Origin: Piedraia hortae CBS 480.64
Taxonomy: Eukaryota
Length of the DNA: 64,000 nucleotides
Reading direction: 5' to 3'
Assembly: GCA_010093745.1 (NCBI GenBank)
Contig: MU005984.1
Coordinates: forward strand, 62,001 to 126,000
Numbering within the stretch: the stretch's first letter is position 1; every line of letters starts with the position of its first letter. Position numbers and translations under genes: made by a program. This document shows positions 22,865 through 35,700 of this stretch, in pieces. Under the pieces are notes generated by a model. The model saw nothing but the letters and a program-made list of their open reading frames with translations. It was not told the DNA's origin and made no database searches.

Positions 22865-23205
22865 AAGTTATAGACGAATGCACAAATGAAACCTCGTTCA
22901 ACTCTCTGGGTACATATAGCGGACGAGCTGCAGGTGCTGGGATTTTTCAATTCCTAGACACTGCACAGCAAAGTCCTAGAGCAAAAAGGGATCTCTGACA
23001 CTACATCCTCGACGACCAACAGATGTGAGTGATTGAATGCCCCCTGACATAGCTTTATCGAGTGATTTAGTCGTACAAGATATAGTACAACGCTGTGCGC
23101 TAAAGACCCCAAACTCCGTTGAGTTACCTCCTGTCGTCATATATATGACTGTATAGGTTACGCTGCCGTGAAGCGAGTAAAATGCCGTTCGAGCGGGTAT
23201 ATGGA

Positions 23206-23758
23206 TCACGCCGCCAGTCGTCCCTCACCCCCAGGCATCGCCTGTGTTTGGCTGGGTGGAGCTGGAGGCATTTCTAGTCGGGTGTTTTCGGCCATCATCC
23301 GGCCCATGCCAATTCCCACGCCTTCGATGACGGCTAGAAGAATGGCGCAACCGATGGCTCCGTTTCTCATCGCCCTGGGGCCTCCACGGACGGCCAGCGC
23401 GCCACCAGTGAAGAAGCCGGCAATGATGGCATTCCACGGGTCTTCTTTCTTCCGCAAACCCTTGACGGCGCAGTCAAATGAGCCAAACATGCCGCCCCAG
23501 ACCCCAAAGTTCCCTCCCAGAATGGGTGCGCGAGCTTTGATGGCCGTGATGGCTGTCCTAGTCAGCGTGGTTCATGACCATCTTGGCAGAAACCTTACCT
23601 CCGAGACGTCGCTCGCCATATGGACTGTTTCTAAATCCTTTAACACCGTGCCAGATTGCGCCGCCAATTGCTCCCATTGAAAATGCGCCGCCAAAGTCTG
23701 AAAGAGCCGACCACGGACAAGGATCGCGCGTATGATCTAAACCGTGACGTTCGCCCAT
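23206..23758 (-). CDS. TIM17: Mitochondrial inner membrane translocase subunit Tim17
   Basis: [33 protein letters not shown], 41-nt intron 23598-23558, then [36 protein letters not shown]. Confidence 0.96.
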
Positions 23759-23927
23759 GATGATAGCTGCAGAAATATGTTGGCTGACGTGACACTAATC
23801 GTGTATGGGTCGTTGGTGACGGTAGACGTGGCGGAGAACAACGCTGAAGTTCGAGATTTCTGACCCTTATCTCCGCCGGATCTACCCGAATTCCGAACTG
23901 CAATAATCCGCCGTCCAAGCAGTCCGC

Positions 23928-24966
23928 ATGGCGCGGCCAACAGACGCCCAGCGGGCGTCCAAAGCAAGCGCGAAGACTGGCGCATCCGATGGTAAGTAAC
24001 CCAAGCGCAGCGCCCAACGCATGATGTTCACAGCTTGTAGAGTCGTGTCCAATTTGTCGGTCGTCGCGGTACCTAAACTCGAACTTGAAGCTTCTCGTGA
24101 ATCCAGAATGCTACCACAAAATGTGCCAGTCATGCGTGGAACGAATCTTCTCCCAGGGCCCGGCACAGTGCCCTATACCGGGCTGTCATCGGACGCTGCG
24201 GAGACAGAAATTCAGGGAACAAACGTTTGAAGATATTCAGGTCGAGCGGGAGGTCGACATCCGGAAGAGAGTCCACGCTGTTTTAAATAAGCGCGAGGAT
24301 GACTTCGAGGATCTACGATCATACAATGACTGGTTAAATGAGGCCGAAGACCTTATATTTAACCTCATCAACGAGGTGGACGTTGAGGAGACGCAAAAAC
24401 GGCTCAAGGAGTACGAGAGGCTGCATGAAAAGGAGATCACAGCCAACGCGCGGTTAGAAAAGGAAGAAAAGACAAATTTCATCGCCATGCAGAAGCAGGC
24501 TAAGCAGCTTGCGCGCGAGCGCAAAGAGGCTGCGCGGCGCGAAGAAGAAGAGGCTCGCCTGGAAATGGAAGAAGATAAGCGGGAGGTGCTACAACGCCTG
24601 GCCATGGGTCAGGATGCCGATGCCGTGACGAAACGAGGGTATGAAGTTCAGCTTAAGCGGCGACTAGACCGGAAACAGGCTGCCGAACGCCAGAAAACTC
24701 TTCAGGAGGTCGATGCTCGCATAACTCCGCTAATTAAGGGTCTCAAGAGCAAAACAAAATCACAACCAGAGCCCCCAATTGATCCCTTTGGCGGCTTGCA
24801 GTTCAAAGACACATACTTTGCTCCGCAAGACGAATACGTCTGGGATGGCATACAACAGGCTAAACGGAAACCAGAGGTCACTATGGGTGGCTTTGATGTC
24901 CACGACTTTGCTCGCCAAGCTCTCGGTGCCGTGTTTGACGGTATAGCTGAGGCACAGGTTGTATGA
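23928..24966 (+). CDS. TFB3: TFIIH/CAK assembly factor Tfb3/MAT1 (RING finger)
   Basis: ATG 23928, intron 23992-24040, then CPICRSSRYLN..LLVNPECYHKMCQSCVERIF..CP..GC and TFEDIQVEREVDIRKRV. Confidence 0.94.
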
Positions 24967-25172
24967 CTAGATAACGTAATGACTATATGGTATGATCTGT
25001 ACTGATTGCCAAACTGATTACTGAAAGCTTATCAGCAAGCTGCCCAGACTTTTTATACTGTTTTTGCAATGCGAGTCATGGACTTGTCACGCGATTCGCG
25101 CATGGTGGAGGGCACGTGGAACAGGCGGGGTATAATGACCCTCCAAAGTCCCGAGAACAGGGCGCGTGGTAA

Positions 25173-26924
25173 ATGTCACTCATCCCATACGCCTCGGAAC
25201 GAGAGGTAGTTTTGCGGCAGGGACAACAGGTGGTGGTCTGGGACGCCCATCTGCGACAGTTGCAGGTGGCAGACGAGTCTCAGTGTCCGTACTGCCGCCG
25301 ACCCTGGCGCCAAGATAATGTTCGAGACGCAGATGAGCGGCCCCAACCATATGTGGACCCAGAGTATTTTGGAATGCTAGCGCATAGCCAACGGCCAACG
25401 CCTCGTAATTCCCGCGCCTCGACCCCGATCCGGAGCCTTTCACCAGCGACGTTGCGTGCACCAGCAATAAGTGTAGATCCTCCTACAGGAGCCAGTTTCG
25501 TAGGCAGTTCCCCTGCACCAACAGAGGGAATCAGCAGTTCTGCATTCAGCCCAGGATTCTTCAAGCAGTTTTTTCTCGAAAAGGGCGTGCTTGGCCGGGG
25601 CGGAAATGGCGTCGTATTACTAGTAGAGCATGTCATGGACCGTGTCTCTCTGGGACAGTTTGCCTGCAAACGAGTGCCCGTGGGAAACAACCATACGTGG
25701 CTGGAGAAGGTTCTGACAGAGGTGAAATTACTGCAGAAAATTCCCCATCGAAATCTCGTGCAATACCACTGGGTCTGGCTGGAAGACCATCAACCGAACC
25801 GGTTTGGGCCCAGCATTCCGTGTCTGTTCATTCTGCAGCAGTATTGCAATGGCGGCGACCTGCACCAATATGTGCTTGGAAAGCCGGATGGCCAAAACAC
25901 GGCAGAGAGCCTCAAGCAGAAGTTACGACGGAAATCTCGGGGCGAAGACGATGGCGACCCGCCCGATAAAAACCAGTTATCGTTTGAGACCATCTTTTCC
26001 TTTTTCCGCGACATTACCTGTGGCCTGCACCACCTGCACTCCAAGGGGTATATCCACCGAGATTTGAAACCGTCCAATTGTCTATTGCAGCACGACGGAG
26101 GCCGGACGCGAGTACTGATATCGGACTTTGGCGAAGTGCAAGCTGCAGGCACCAGACGAGGGTCTACGGGTGCAACAGGCACGATTCTGTATTGTGCGCC
26201 GGAAGTTCTCCGTGAAGTATCTGACGGACGCCTGGGCAACTTTAGCACAAAGTCGGATATATTTTCCCTCGGCATGATTGTGTACTTTATGTGCTTTGGC
26301 AAACTTCCCTACCGGCTCGCCGACGGAACAGTCGAAGCAACAGAAGATGCAGATGGTCTGCGTGCCGAGATCATGTCCTGGGCAGGCTTCGACGACGCGG
26401 CTCGTGCGAGGCCAGATCTACCAGATAAGCTGTACAGGTTTTTGCGCAGGCTTCTGAGCAGAGACATAATTGCCAGACCCAGCACAGAGGAGCTGCTGGA
26501 AAGCATTCGCAGCGGTGGCAACCTGAGTGAATCTCCGCTGCCAAAATCGCCGCCAAACGAATTGGTTCCCTTGAGGCCCAGGAGCTTCAATGAGGAAAGC
26601 GAAACGGAAAAGGCTCGTCTGATGCTCCCGCCTCCGCCCCCTCCCCCTCCTCCTTTATCAAGCAGACCGGCCAGATTGGACATGGAATTCTTCAGGGTCA
26701 CCATGCTGGTTCTAAAAACGGTCTCGTTGTCTCAGACCTGCTCACCGTACGCAGTAAGAAGCTGGGTCTGGCTTCCCCTTTTCACCCTCGCAGTCGTGGA
26801 TATGATTTTGCATGCAGACGCAAAGAGGTCCATGATCATGCTGGGGATCCACGTAGCAGTGATGGCATACGCGGCTCTGTATTCAAACCTATGCGAGAGA
26901 TTGTATGATGGCAGTCTTAACTAA
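25173..26924 (+). CDS. IKS1: Ser/Thr protein kinase, IKS1 family
   Basis: LGRGGNGVVLLVEH, FACKRVPVGNNHTWLEKVL.EV, HRDLKPSNCLL, SDFGE, YCAPE and a C-terminal hydrophobic segment. Confidence 0.88.
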   Translation: MSLIPYASEREVVLRQGQQVVVWDAHLRQLQVADESQCPYCRRPWRQDNVRDADERPQPYVDPEYFGMLAHSQRPTPRNSRASTPIRSLSPATLRAPAISVDPPTGASFVGSSPAPTEGISSSAFSPGFFKQFFLEKGVLGRGGNGVVLLVEHVMDRVSLGQFACKRVPVGNNHTWLEKVLTEVKLLQKIPHRNLVQYHWVWLEDHQPNRFGPSIPCLFILQQYCNGGDLHQYVLGKPDGQNTAESLKQKLRRKSRGEDDGDPPDKNQLSFETIFSFFRDITCGLHHLHSKGYIHRDLKPSNCLLQHDGGRTRVLISDFGEVQAAGTRRGSTGATGTILYCAPEVLREVSDGRLGNFSTKSDIFSLGMIVYFMCFGKLPYRLADGTVEATEDADGLRAEIMSWAGFDDAARARPDLPDKLYRFLRRLLSRDIIARPSTEELLESIRSGGNLSESPLPKSPPNELVPLRPRSFNEESETEKARLMLPPPPPPPPPLSSRPARLDMEFFRVTMLVLKTVSLSQTCSPYAVRSWVWLPLFTLAVVDMILHADAKRSMIMLGIHVAVMAYAALYSNLCERLYDGSLN

Positions 26925-27098
26925 TCAATGAACAAAGTTCACACTTTCTTTTTAAATGTATACCAGCGCACCATGCCAAGAATGAGCTATAACCGTTTGG
27001 GTAGGATTAAAAGTTTTCCAGCCGAGGACGGCAGCATGTGATGACATCGTCAATGTCTAGAGCCGAGGCGTTATGTTCTGAAATTTGGCACAAGAACA

Positions 27099-27909
27099 AT
27101 GGCAGAAGGAGACAACAAGGTTCATGTTACGCTGCACTGGTGGGTGTGAGAAGCTCTCGTTTTGATCACGGTTGACATGACCATCAAGGCTGGACCAATC
27201 CCGTTCACAACGGCTCGTCTGGCTCTTGCAAGAATGCAAAGGCATATCGTGGGACGTGAGCGTGTATAAGCGGCAGCCTGATAGGCTGGCGCCGCCCAGT
27301 TTGAAGAAAGTGCACCCGCTCGGCAAATCGCCCGTCATAACGGTGTCGTCTGGCAAGGACGAAACGGTCATAGCCGAGTCCGGGGCGATTACAGAGTTCC
27401 TTTGCGAATATTATGCCCCACACCTCATTCCTAAGAGATACGAAGAGGGCCGCGACGGCGACCCGTGCGGCGAGACGGAATCGTGGCGTCGGTATAGATT
27501 CTATATGCACTACGCCGAAGGGTCGCTGATGACGCTACTGATACTGTCGATGTTTATGAACATCTTGTCCGGGCCCAATGTCCCGTTCCTCGTTAGGCCC
27601 GTGGCGAGGACCCTTACAGGTAGAGTCGAGAGCTCGTACTTGAATCCCAACTTTGAGACCCACTGGTTGTTTTTGAACTCGCAGCTTGCCTCGTCGCCCG
27701 GCGGAGGCCTTTTTCTTTGCGGCCCAGAACTGACAGCTGCAGATATTATGATGAGCTTCCCAATCATCATCTCCGAGGATAAAATCGACAAGGCCAAATA
27801 CCCCAAACTCGCCGCCTACGCTGATATGCTCAAGAACCATATACGCTATCGCCAAAGCGTGGAGGAAATGGAAAACCGGACCGGACAGCCACTGAAGGCG
27901 GCTTTGTAA
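27099..27909 (+). CDS. Glutathione S-transferase (GTT1-like)
   Basis: Intron 27140-27188; LHW/LDQSRSQRLVWLLQE, LKKVHPLGKSPVI, IAESGAI, MHYAEGSLM, LTAADIMMSFP. Confidence 0.92.
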
Positions 27910-27948
27910 CACCCATCTAACTATGAAACGCTCATTTCAATGTTATTA

Positions 27949-28977
27949 TTAAGCAGCTTCGTTGCAGTGAACTTCCAATGCGATCCACACGCCGTTGCGA
28001 TCGGCAAATGGAGTGCTGGCTGTGCGCACAATGCCAAATTCGGGATCAACCACAGTTAGTACACCACGACCACGCAAATCAGCGCGAGTGAAGCCACGGT
28101 AAGGCTCACCGTCCCTCACAGCCGGCATCGAAAGCGCCACGGGTTCTTCCAGCAGTTCATTGAACAGCTGAGTGGACAGACGATAGGCACACGTGATTTT
28201 TATTCGAGGCGCGAGCGCGTTGAGTTTCAGTCGGCCAAATGTTTTGTCCTCGGGTGCACGAGAGTTGGTAAAGGCCATGAATTCGCAAAGGTCGATGTCA
28301 TCTACTGCCCTTTCCGGCCCAGGTCGACGGCCTAAAACGCTGCTGAGCCCATCAATGACCTCAAAGAGCCGCATGTCGTCCAGCCAGTGGCCCAGAACCT
28401 GCTCCATGTCGACCTGAGGGTACCAGCGGTTGCTGCGGTAGCGAACCGACAGCTCACGCAGGGCAGGAAAGTCGCTTGTCAGCCGGCGAGTGCGCGCATC
28501 CTCACCGGACCCACCCGTGAGGTAGGGCATCCAGAGTCTAGTCTCGCTGGCTTTGATGCTAAGGGCGAGGAATTTGACATGATGTTGGACGAGATCTGAT
28601 GAGGCCATTGCGCGCGCAAACATGTTGGCATCGCTGGCGTGGTGAAATGCCAGCCAGTTGGACGAATACAGCACGGGGCCAGCCTCTTCGTAGATGACTC
28701 GAGAAACCCGCAACAGCTGCGGTTGTAGACCGTAGGCCAGGGGCGGCGCTGGCCATCCTACGCGCATTCCATCTGCTGCTGTGAGACAATAGCCGTAGAT
28801 GCGACCGCGAATTTCCAGTGGAAGCGCCAGGAAAGGACACGTGAGTGAATCGGTCATGGTCACGTCGTCGTCGCCATTACCATCGCAGCTGGTTTGCATT
28901 GTGGTGAGCTGTTCGGTGTCGCGGATCTCTTTCCGCATCACGGATCGCGTTCCGTTACATGGATCTGGTTCCGCCAT
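27949..28977 (-). CDS. Hypothetical protein with an N-terminal F-box-like/2EXR-type motif
   Basis: CPFLALPLEIRGRIYGYCL...PQLLRVSRVIYEEAGPVLYSSN; first ATG at 28977. Confidence 0.65.
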   Translation of the reverse strand: MAEPDPCNGTRSVMRKEIRDTEQLTTMQTSCDGNGDDDVTMTDSLTCPFLALPLEIRGRIYGYCLTAADGMRVGWPAPPLAYGLQPQLLRVSRVIYEEAGPVLYSSNWLAFHHASDANMFARAMASSDLVQHHVKFLALSIKASETRLWMPYLTGGSGEDARTRRLTSDFPALRELSVRYRSNRWYPQVDMEQVLGHWLDDMRLFEVIDGLSSVLGRRPGPERAVDDIDLCEFMAFTNSRAPEDKTFGRLKLNALAPRIKITCAYRLSTQLFNELLEEPVALSMPAVRDGEPYRGFTRADLRGRGVLTVVDPEFGIVRTASTPFADRNGVWIALEVHCNEAA

Positions 28978-29169
28978 GTAAGACGAGGCTGTCGTCAAAA
29001 GATCCTAGACAAACCAACTACTAAGCTGAGCGGCACTCAAGAGCATGCCAATCCACCAAAGAGATGAAATAAATCCAACAGAAAGGAATAATACATATAT
29101 CCCGACACTTGTACCGGCCGATCCATCATGGGGCGCCAAGCGCTATGCAGATTCTCAAACAGGCGACGA

Positions 29170-30146
29170 TTAGAACGTGCTCCATACCATTTCCTCGGAG
29201 CGCGCCGGAGAGCCGACTTGATCGAGTTGTTCAGGCCTTTGCCGTCGAGGAATATCCCACGGCGTTTCCCTTGCACTCGCATCAGCGGCGCCGTCAAGTA
29301 TACGCTGCTTCACGCGGGTCCATTCGGTATAGCAAGGATCGCAGGCGCGGCTCGGTGTGCCATACATGTGTAATCGTGCGTGCTGGTCCAGCGGGACTAG
29401 CTTGGAAGAGTCGGCATCGCATACGACATGACCGCAGTGGCGGCAGTGGTGGCGGCGAAAGGACCACGTAAATGGACGATTGCAAACTGCACACTGGACC
29501 GATGCGGCGTCAGGCTTCCAATGGGCTGTCGTGGGCGGACCCGTGATGTCGCTGGGATCAGCATAGACACAGGCAGCTTCAGCGGCTCTGAGACGCTGTC
29601 GGAGAGCCTCACGGTCGAGCTCGCAGTCGATGCGGCCGATGTCGAAGCCGTTGCCCTGGCCGTAGGGTGGCGTGTTCGGGGCCACGGTTGGCCGCAGTGC
29701 TGCGGGCACGGCAAGCGGCTGGGTTCGCTTCCGCGCGAAGAAGCGTCCCTGCTGTGAAGACGGACGATTCTGCGAGTCGATCGAACTTGTCGCCGAACTT
29801 GGGCTGGGATAGGCGGCGCCGGGTGAGACGGGGAGGGAAGCAGTGTTGAGGGACGGGAGCGGCGTATTTGACGGCATATTTCCATCGTCTGGCAGTCGTG
29901 ACAAACCCATTTTTGTGGTGACGGGCGAAATTCTGGTCGGGGCCCTTCCATACCCTCCCACATGGTGCTGGCCCGCTCCCACCGTTGTGTGGCGCGGAGA
30001 GATTGTGGGGGAGCCAATCACGACCGAGGGGCTTATCTGCACCGGGGATGCTAGAATCAGAGTAGCGGGGCTTCCGTCCGACAGCCGTTTGGATTGCCGT
30101 CACCGATGAGGCTAATAGTCCGTCCTGGTAAGAACGGGCCCCTCAT
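29170..30146 (-). CDS. FYVE zinc-finger protein
   Basis: HWKPD..CAVC..F...RRHHCRHCGHVVC..S...RACDPC; probable short first exon and intron near 30053-30103, start approximate. Confidence 0.85.
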
Positions 30147-30527
30147 GACATCATGAACTGCCAGCAGGGGTCCCAACTGGATGGTGTGGACGCAACGCTT
30201 CTGGGTAACTCTACTACTGTATCACCGTGTAAATCTCAATGATTTCCTTCATGGCTTTGGCTCAATGAGTTCTCTTGCGCCCATAACCAACGATGAAACG
30301 TTTCGCACCCCTTTCCGGTGAAGCTCCAATGTCAGGATGAAGTCTGGAAACAATCGCTCCACGTTGCAACTACGAATCAGGTCGGGAAAGCGCTTTACAC
30401 GCGTCCTATTTTGATTGGCCAGTATGTGTAAAAGCGGTGGTGACATACACACTAGCAGGAGACTAGTCACATTCATCATGACCTACACTAACACCAAGGC
30501 TCGATTTTCCAAAAGGTTGCGTCCATC

Positions 30528-32636
30528 ATGTCAGCAGAATACAACTACGATCCCGACGCGCAATTTTTTCCCTTCTTCGTGTTGACCATCGCGACCATCA
30601 TCAATGTGCCGCTCACATACAGCCTCCTCCGGGCACCGTCGGATGCATCAGCAACAAAGAAGATTGCTCACATCGCCTCAAACTACCAGCCCGAAAATGG
30701 CGATCTCGTAGCAGCGCAGCGATCCAAACAGAAGCGTAAAGAGCTCCGGCTGAAGCGCATGGTCACGTGTCTGTCGTTGTGGATGGTGTCGGCCTGGATG
30801 GTATATCTGATGACAGTGACGCAGAGGACGCAGACACAAGTGTGGGACCCCTACTCTATCCTGGGCGTGTCCATGGGCGCCAACGAAAAGGCCATCAATA
30901 GCCGCTACCGAAGGCTCAGCGTCACTATGCACCCGGACAAGCGGAAGCCAAACGTGGCGCTCAACGAGACGGCCGAGAGCATTAACAACGAATGGGTGGA
31001 AATTGTAAAGGCCCACAAGGCCCTCACAGACGAAGACGTGCGCAGCAACTGGGAACAGTATGGCCATCCGGATGGGAAACAGTCCACAAGCTTCGGTATC
31101 GCTCTGCCCAAGCTGCTCATCGCCGAAGGCAACGGCAAGTTTGTCTTAGCCTTCTACGGCCTCTTACTGGGTATTGGCTTGCCGTGGCTAGTTGGAAAAT
31201 GGTGGTATGGTATGCAGAAATTGACTAGGGAACGAGTGTTGGTGGCCAGCGCCGGCAACATGTTCCGTGAATACAACGAACGCATGGACGAAGGCGATGT
31301 GTTGGCTGCCGTAAGCACCGCATTGGAATACCGTGACGTTTTGAATGCCAACGATGGCGAGCTGGGCCGGCTAGAGAAGACGGTTCTTGCCTCTGCAGAT
31401 GGGGAGCTGTTGCCGTCAAAGGAAGGCAAGCGGATACAGGATCAGGAAGATGTGGTCTGTAGAAAGACACTGGCCCTACTCTGGGCCTACTTACGCCGAC
31501 AGGATCTGGGTAGCCGCACAGCCGAGACAGAGAAGTTCGGCATTGCTCCCATTGCGCTGCAAATGACAGAGTCTTTCCAGGCCTTTTGTCAGGCCTACAG
31601 CTGGACAAAACCCGTCCTGGCAACTTTCAACGTGGCTCAGTGCCTGGTACAGGCCGTTCCGCCAGCGCCGGAGCCGCAGATGCCGTTAATGCAGCTTCCG
31701 CACATCCGCGCCCCCGTTGCTCGCGCCATTGAGCGGCAAATATCCAATCGTGACGGGAAACCGGTGACAATACAGCAGTTTATGGCACTTGCACCAGCAA
31801 CTCGGGAGCGAGTGGCAACAGAAGCTGGACTGAGTTCGGAGCAGCTCTCGGCCGCCGTACGCGTTGCGTGCCAGATTCCAGCCTTCAAGGTTGAAAGGGC
31901 GTTTTTCAAAGTACAGGGCGAGCGGAGTATCATCCCTTCCTCTCTTGTGCAGTTTATCATCAAAGGAAGGTTTATCCCTCCGGGCAGCACAAACGTTCCT
32001 GCGCCATCTCCTTCCTCTCTTCAGGAACCCGATCCGCCAGAAGGCGATATCCAGGCCCAAAAGCAAGAAGACGAACAGCACGAACTGCCCTTGGCACACG
32101 CTCCTTACCTAGCCCGCGACCGCATTCCGACCTTTCACGTTTTCCTCGCAGACAAGCGTCAGGGCAAAGTGGCTGTTCCACCCTTTACCTTTGGCGCCTT
32201 CAACAGGCCCGTATTTACAGCCTCTTCCTCTGGCGAGGTTGAGCCAACATACGAAGTGGTAACGCTGAAAATGCCCTTCCAAGCACCTCCCCACGTAGGC
32301 GAATACAGCTTCAAAGCACATATCGTCTGTGACAGCTATCTCGGCTTGGACTTGACAGAAGACGTGGTACTAAATGTCGAGGACGCAAGTCGTGCTCAGG
32401 TCGTGGACGAAGATAACATATCTGAGCCTGACGAGGGTAAGTCTATCCAGAAAAGCAAGTCCCCATGATATACTGACATATATCCAGATTCCCTGGCTGG
32501 CCAAATGGCGACGCTTCGAGGACAAAGCACAAAGCAAAAGAACAGAGAGGATGAGAGTGATTACGAATCGTCCACTGACGAGGATGACGATAGCCAAAGC
32601 GAAACTGACACTGACACCGACACTGACGGGGAGTGA
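30528..32636 (+). CDS. SEC63: ER translocon J-protein Sec63
   Basis: YNYD...FFPFF, J-domain with HPDK, YGHPDGKQSTSFGIALP, Brl/Sec63 domain, CDSYLG; intron 32437-32487; acidic tail ending DTDTDTDGE. Confidence 0.95.
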
Positions 32637-32751
32637 GTTTCGGCGTTATTCACATAGATCGGTATTTCCTTGTCACTATCCTTACACTTTCGCCATTACT
32701 GTACAGGTCCAGGGTATCTTTTCCATAATAATCTCTGATTACCATCCTAGA

Positions 32752-35700
32752 TTAAAATGCAACTCTGCTTCTCAGCTCTTGGACTTTCCTCTCTACCTCA
32801 GCCACCTCCCGATCACACTCTGCCGCAATTTTTGCCTTGAGGTCATTTGACAGGTTGAGAAACTGCTCACACAAATCCCCATCAACGACCGCCTTGACGG
32901 GGACATAATAGCTGCGATAGGCAAGATGATCCCTCCCGCTGAGCGGCGCATTCTCCGTTCTCAGCAACTGCTGCAGTTGAGTGAAAAACTCAACATCGTC
33001 CCTCGTGACGAACGGGATGAGGACGCCCAACGTGCCCTGAAGACCGGACCAGAAGAGGACGTCCTGTCCTCCGGCAACGAGAGATGTCTTTTGTATGGAC
33101 GTAGGTACATCTGACGTGTAGAGGTGAGCGCGCAAATCAAGTCGGTAGGGCGCTCCGTTGAGATAGCTTCTTTCGTTGGCAATGTGACCGCCTAATCCGT
33201 CTTCGTCCGCTTCGCGACTCGCTTGTTCGGGACATCGGACGAGCCAGATGTTGCCGAATTTATCGCCTCCGGCCACCGTTTCGTAGTCGACCATTGTGGT
33301 TGTGGTCGTCCACCGTTGAACAACGTCGTCTACAAAGGCGAACATGCGGTTGTGGGCGGGTTTGAAAACTACAAAGGTCACCGAGTCGCGGACATCGCCC
33401 ACCGCAATCCGGTCACCCATGCTGTCAAGAGACGTGATTATGCTTGGCACCACAATCCCCCGACTCTTGCGTAGCATCGCTTTCAGCCCAATGTCGTGCA
33501 CGAGCAGCTCGTTGCCGACGCCAAAGGCTAGTCGGCCGCGGAATGCCATGAGGGCATAGATGGGTGCGTTGAACGCTGTTCTGTGCACGAATTCTAGCTG
33601 TTTCCCGTCGTCTGAAATGCGATAGATGCGTATGAAGCCCTTCGCTGACGGACTATTCATGTTCTGCCCCGTACCAACTGCAAGATATGGCTCCCAGTTT
33701 CGGGACTCGAATTGCACCACTGTACAACACATTGCTGCCTCGTTGTCGCTCATGTCTAAGGTACAAGTGATTGCTTGGCTGATGGGGTCAATGGCTTGGA
33801 TGCACGAAGCCCAAGTTCCATTTGCCTTGACCAAGCCAACGTGTTGCTCTGCGGCCGCGTTGGTAGACGGATGCGTGTTTGCATCGCTCTGCGGTATGTA
33901 AAACATGGCATGGCTCGGGGATCGAGCGAGAGCACGGGGTGTGTATTTGAGGGTCAGCTGCCACGAAGAGAGTCGACCGTAGATATTAGGGACATCAAAA
34001 ATGAGCAGGTTCTGGCCTTGGATGGCACAAAGACACGTCAGGTGTTCCGACACAAATGGCCGAGCAGCATCCAATTGGCCGGTGAGTAAGGGCGTTAGAG
34101 TGAACTGGTGAGAGCTTGGGTGGTTGTAGCCTACAAACGGGCGCGAAGAACAGGCCACAACACCATTTCCATCGCCGACATGTACTGGAAAGAGACGCGT
34201 AGGGAGTGAGCCCAGAAACTTGGTCCGGACATCGCCCAAGTCGCCAGTGACTTCATCGATAATGGCTCGGAGATACAGTCCTGATTGCAAGCCAATGTGG
34301 ACATGGCTTACTGTTGTTCCGCTGCGGTGGTCCACCATATCCACTACTTCAATCGACGTCGGCACCGCAGATAGAGCCTGGATAGATCTGGGCTCCAACG
34401 GGCTGTCAAGGTCGATTGATAGCACGCGAATGCTGCAGTCATCGCAACCCACGACGGCAAATTTGGACTGGATCTGGCCCTTTGGTGTGGGACCAACCGA
34501 CAGAGCAGTCACTTTTCCCGACATTTCTGGCATTTCCTCTAGTTGGTTGAGCACGCCGTCGTCGCCCATAAAGAAAAAGGCGATTTCTCCAGAGCTGAGG
34601 CCAAGCAACATCTGGCGGTGGTTTGCTGACGCGGCCACAATGGTCCTTTGTGACGGCGAAGGCCATTCATGCACCGTGCCCGTCTCCATAATGCTTCGTA
34701 CGCCACGGGCATAGACTTGCACCAGCGTGGCATCGCCCATCTGGGCAGCCAAAACAGTTGCACGATTGGTAGTGAAGGGGGAATCGGACATCGTTTCTAC
34801 CTCATCGCCAATCGACAACACTATCGTCTTGTCGCCGTAGTTGGAGCTAAGCAGCAAATAAGAATGGTAGTCATCGCTGTGGCGGTGCTTGAGCGACCAG
34901 AGATTGTCATATGGAATGTTCCCCAGCGGCGAGGCCACAATCTCTTGGATTTCAACGCCGTGGCGTATGGCCTTCAACACGGAACGATTTCCCGTGCCTT
35001 GCAAGGCGTAAATCTGCGGCGCGTCCTCGCCTGTGAGGTTATCGACGCGCGTTCGCATCAGAGGATGCAGGCAAGGAACGTCTACAGCCAAACGCACAAA
35101 CGTCAGCTCACGAGGCTCAAAATACACGGGCTTGTAGGGCTCTGCCGGGTCAGCCGAAACCTCGTCAGATGAATAGTTATGCTCTGGCTCAAAGTCAAGA
35201 TCGTCTGCCAGATCGTTGACGTGGTAGAGCTTGTGGTTGCCATTCTCTGCTGCGATATATATGTATCCTTTGCGAATCAGAAGCATTTCCTTGGCCGTTG
35301 GAAGGGTTTCGTAGTATTTTAGATGAATTGTTTTGGGTGTCGTCTCTTGGCCGTTTTGATCCACGTCCATGTCCATGGTCAGCTTGAAAACATCACCCTC
35401 TTCCGTTTGAAGCAAGAAGAAGAAATCATGTCTCGCTCTGCTGAGATGCACACATCCTGACACGATGATCGAAGTCCGATTCCAACCTTTCCGCCTTGGA
35501 ATGGGAATGCTTAGTGGGTCTGCTTTATCGTGGCGATAGTATATTCTGCCCTCAGCACATACTAGGACACCACTTGGCCCGTCTTGGCCACCGGGTACTG
35601 CGAACAGCATATTGGCTGAATAATCGACCTTGTCGCTCCAGCTTCGGACGACATGGTTGAGGCCCAAGTCGACAGTGTAGTAAACCAGCTGTTTTTCCCG

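Noticed and set aside
27038..27081. GTGATGA...CTGA resembling C/D snoRNA boxes
   Set aside because: Only about 44 nt, no terminal stem or recognisable guide, and it lies immediately upstream of the GST start.
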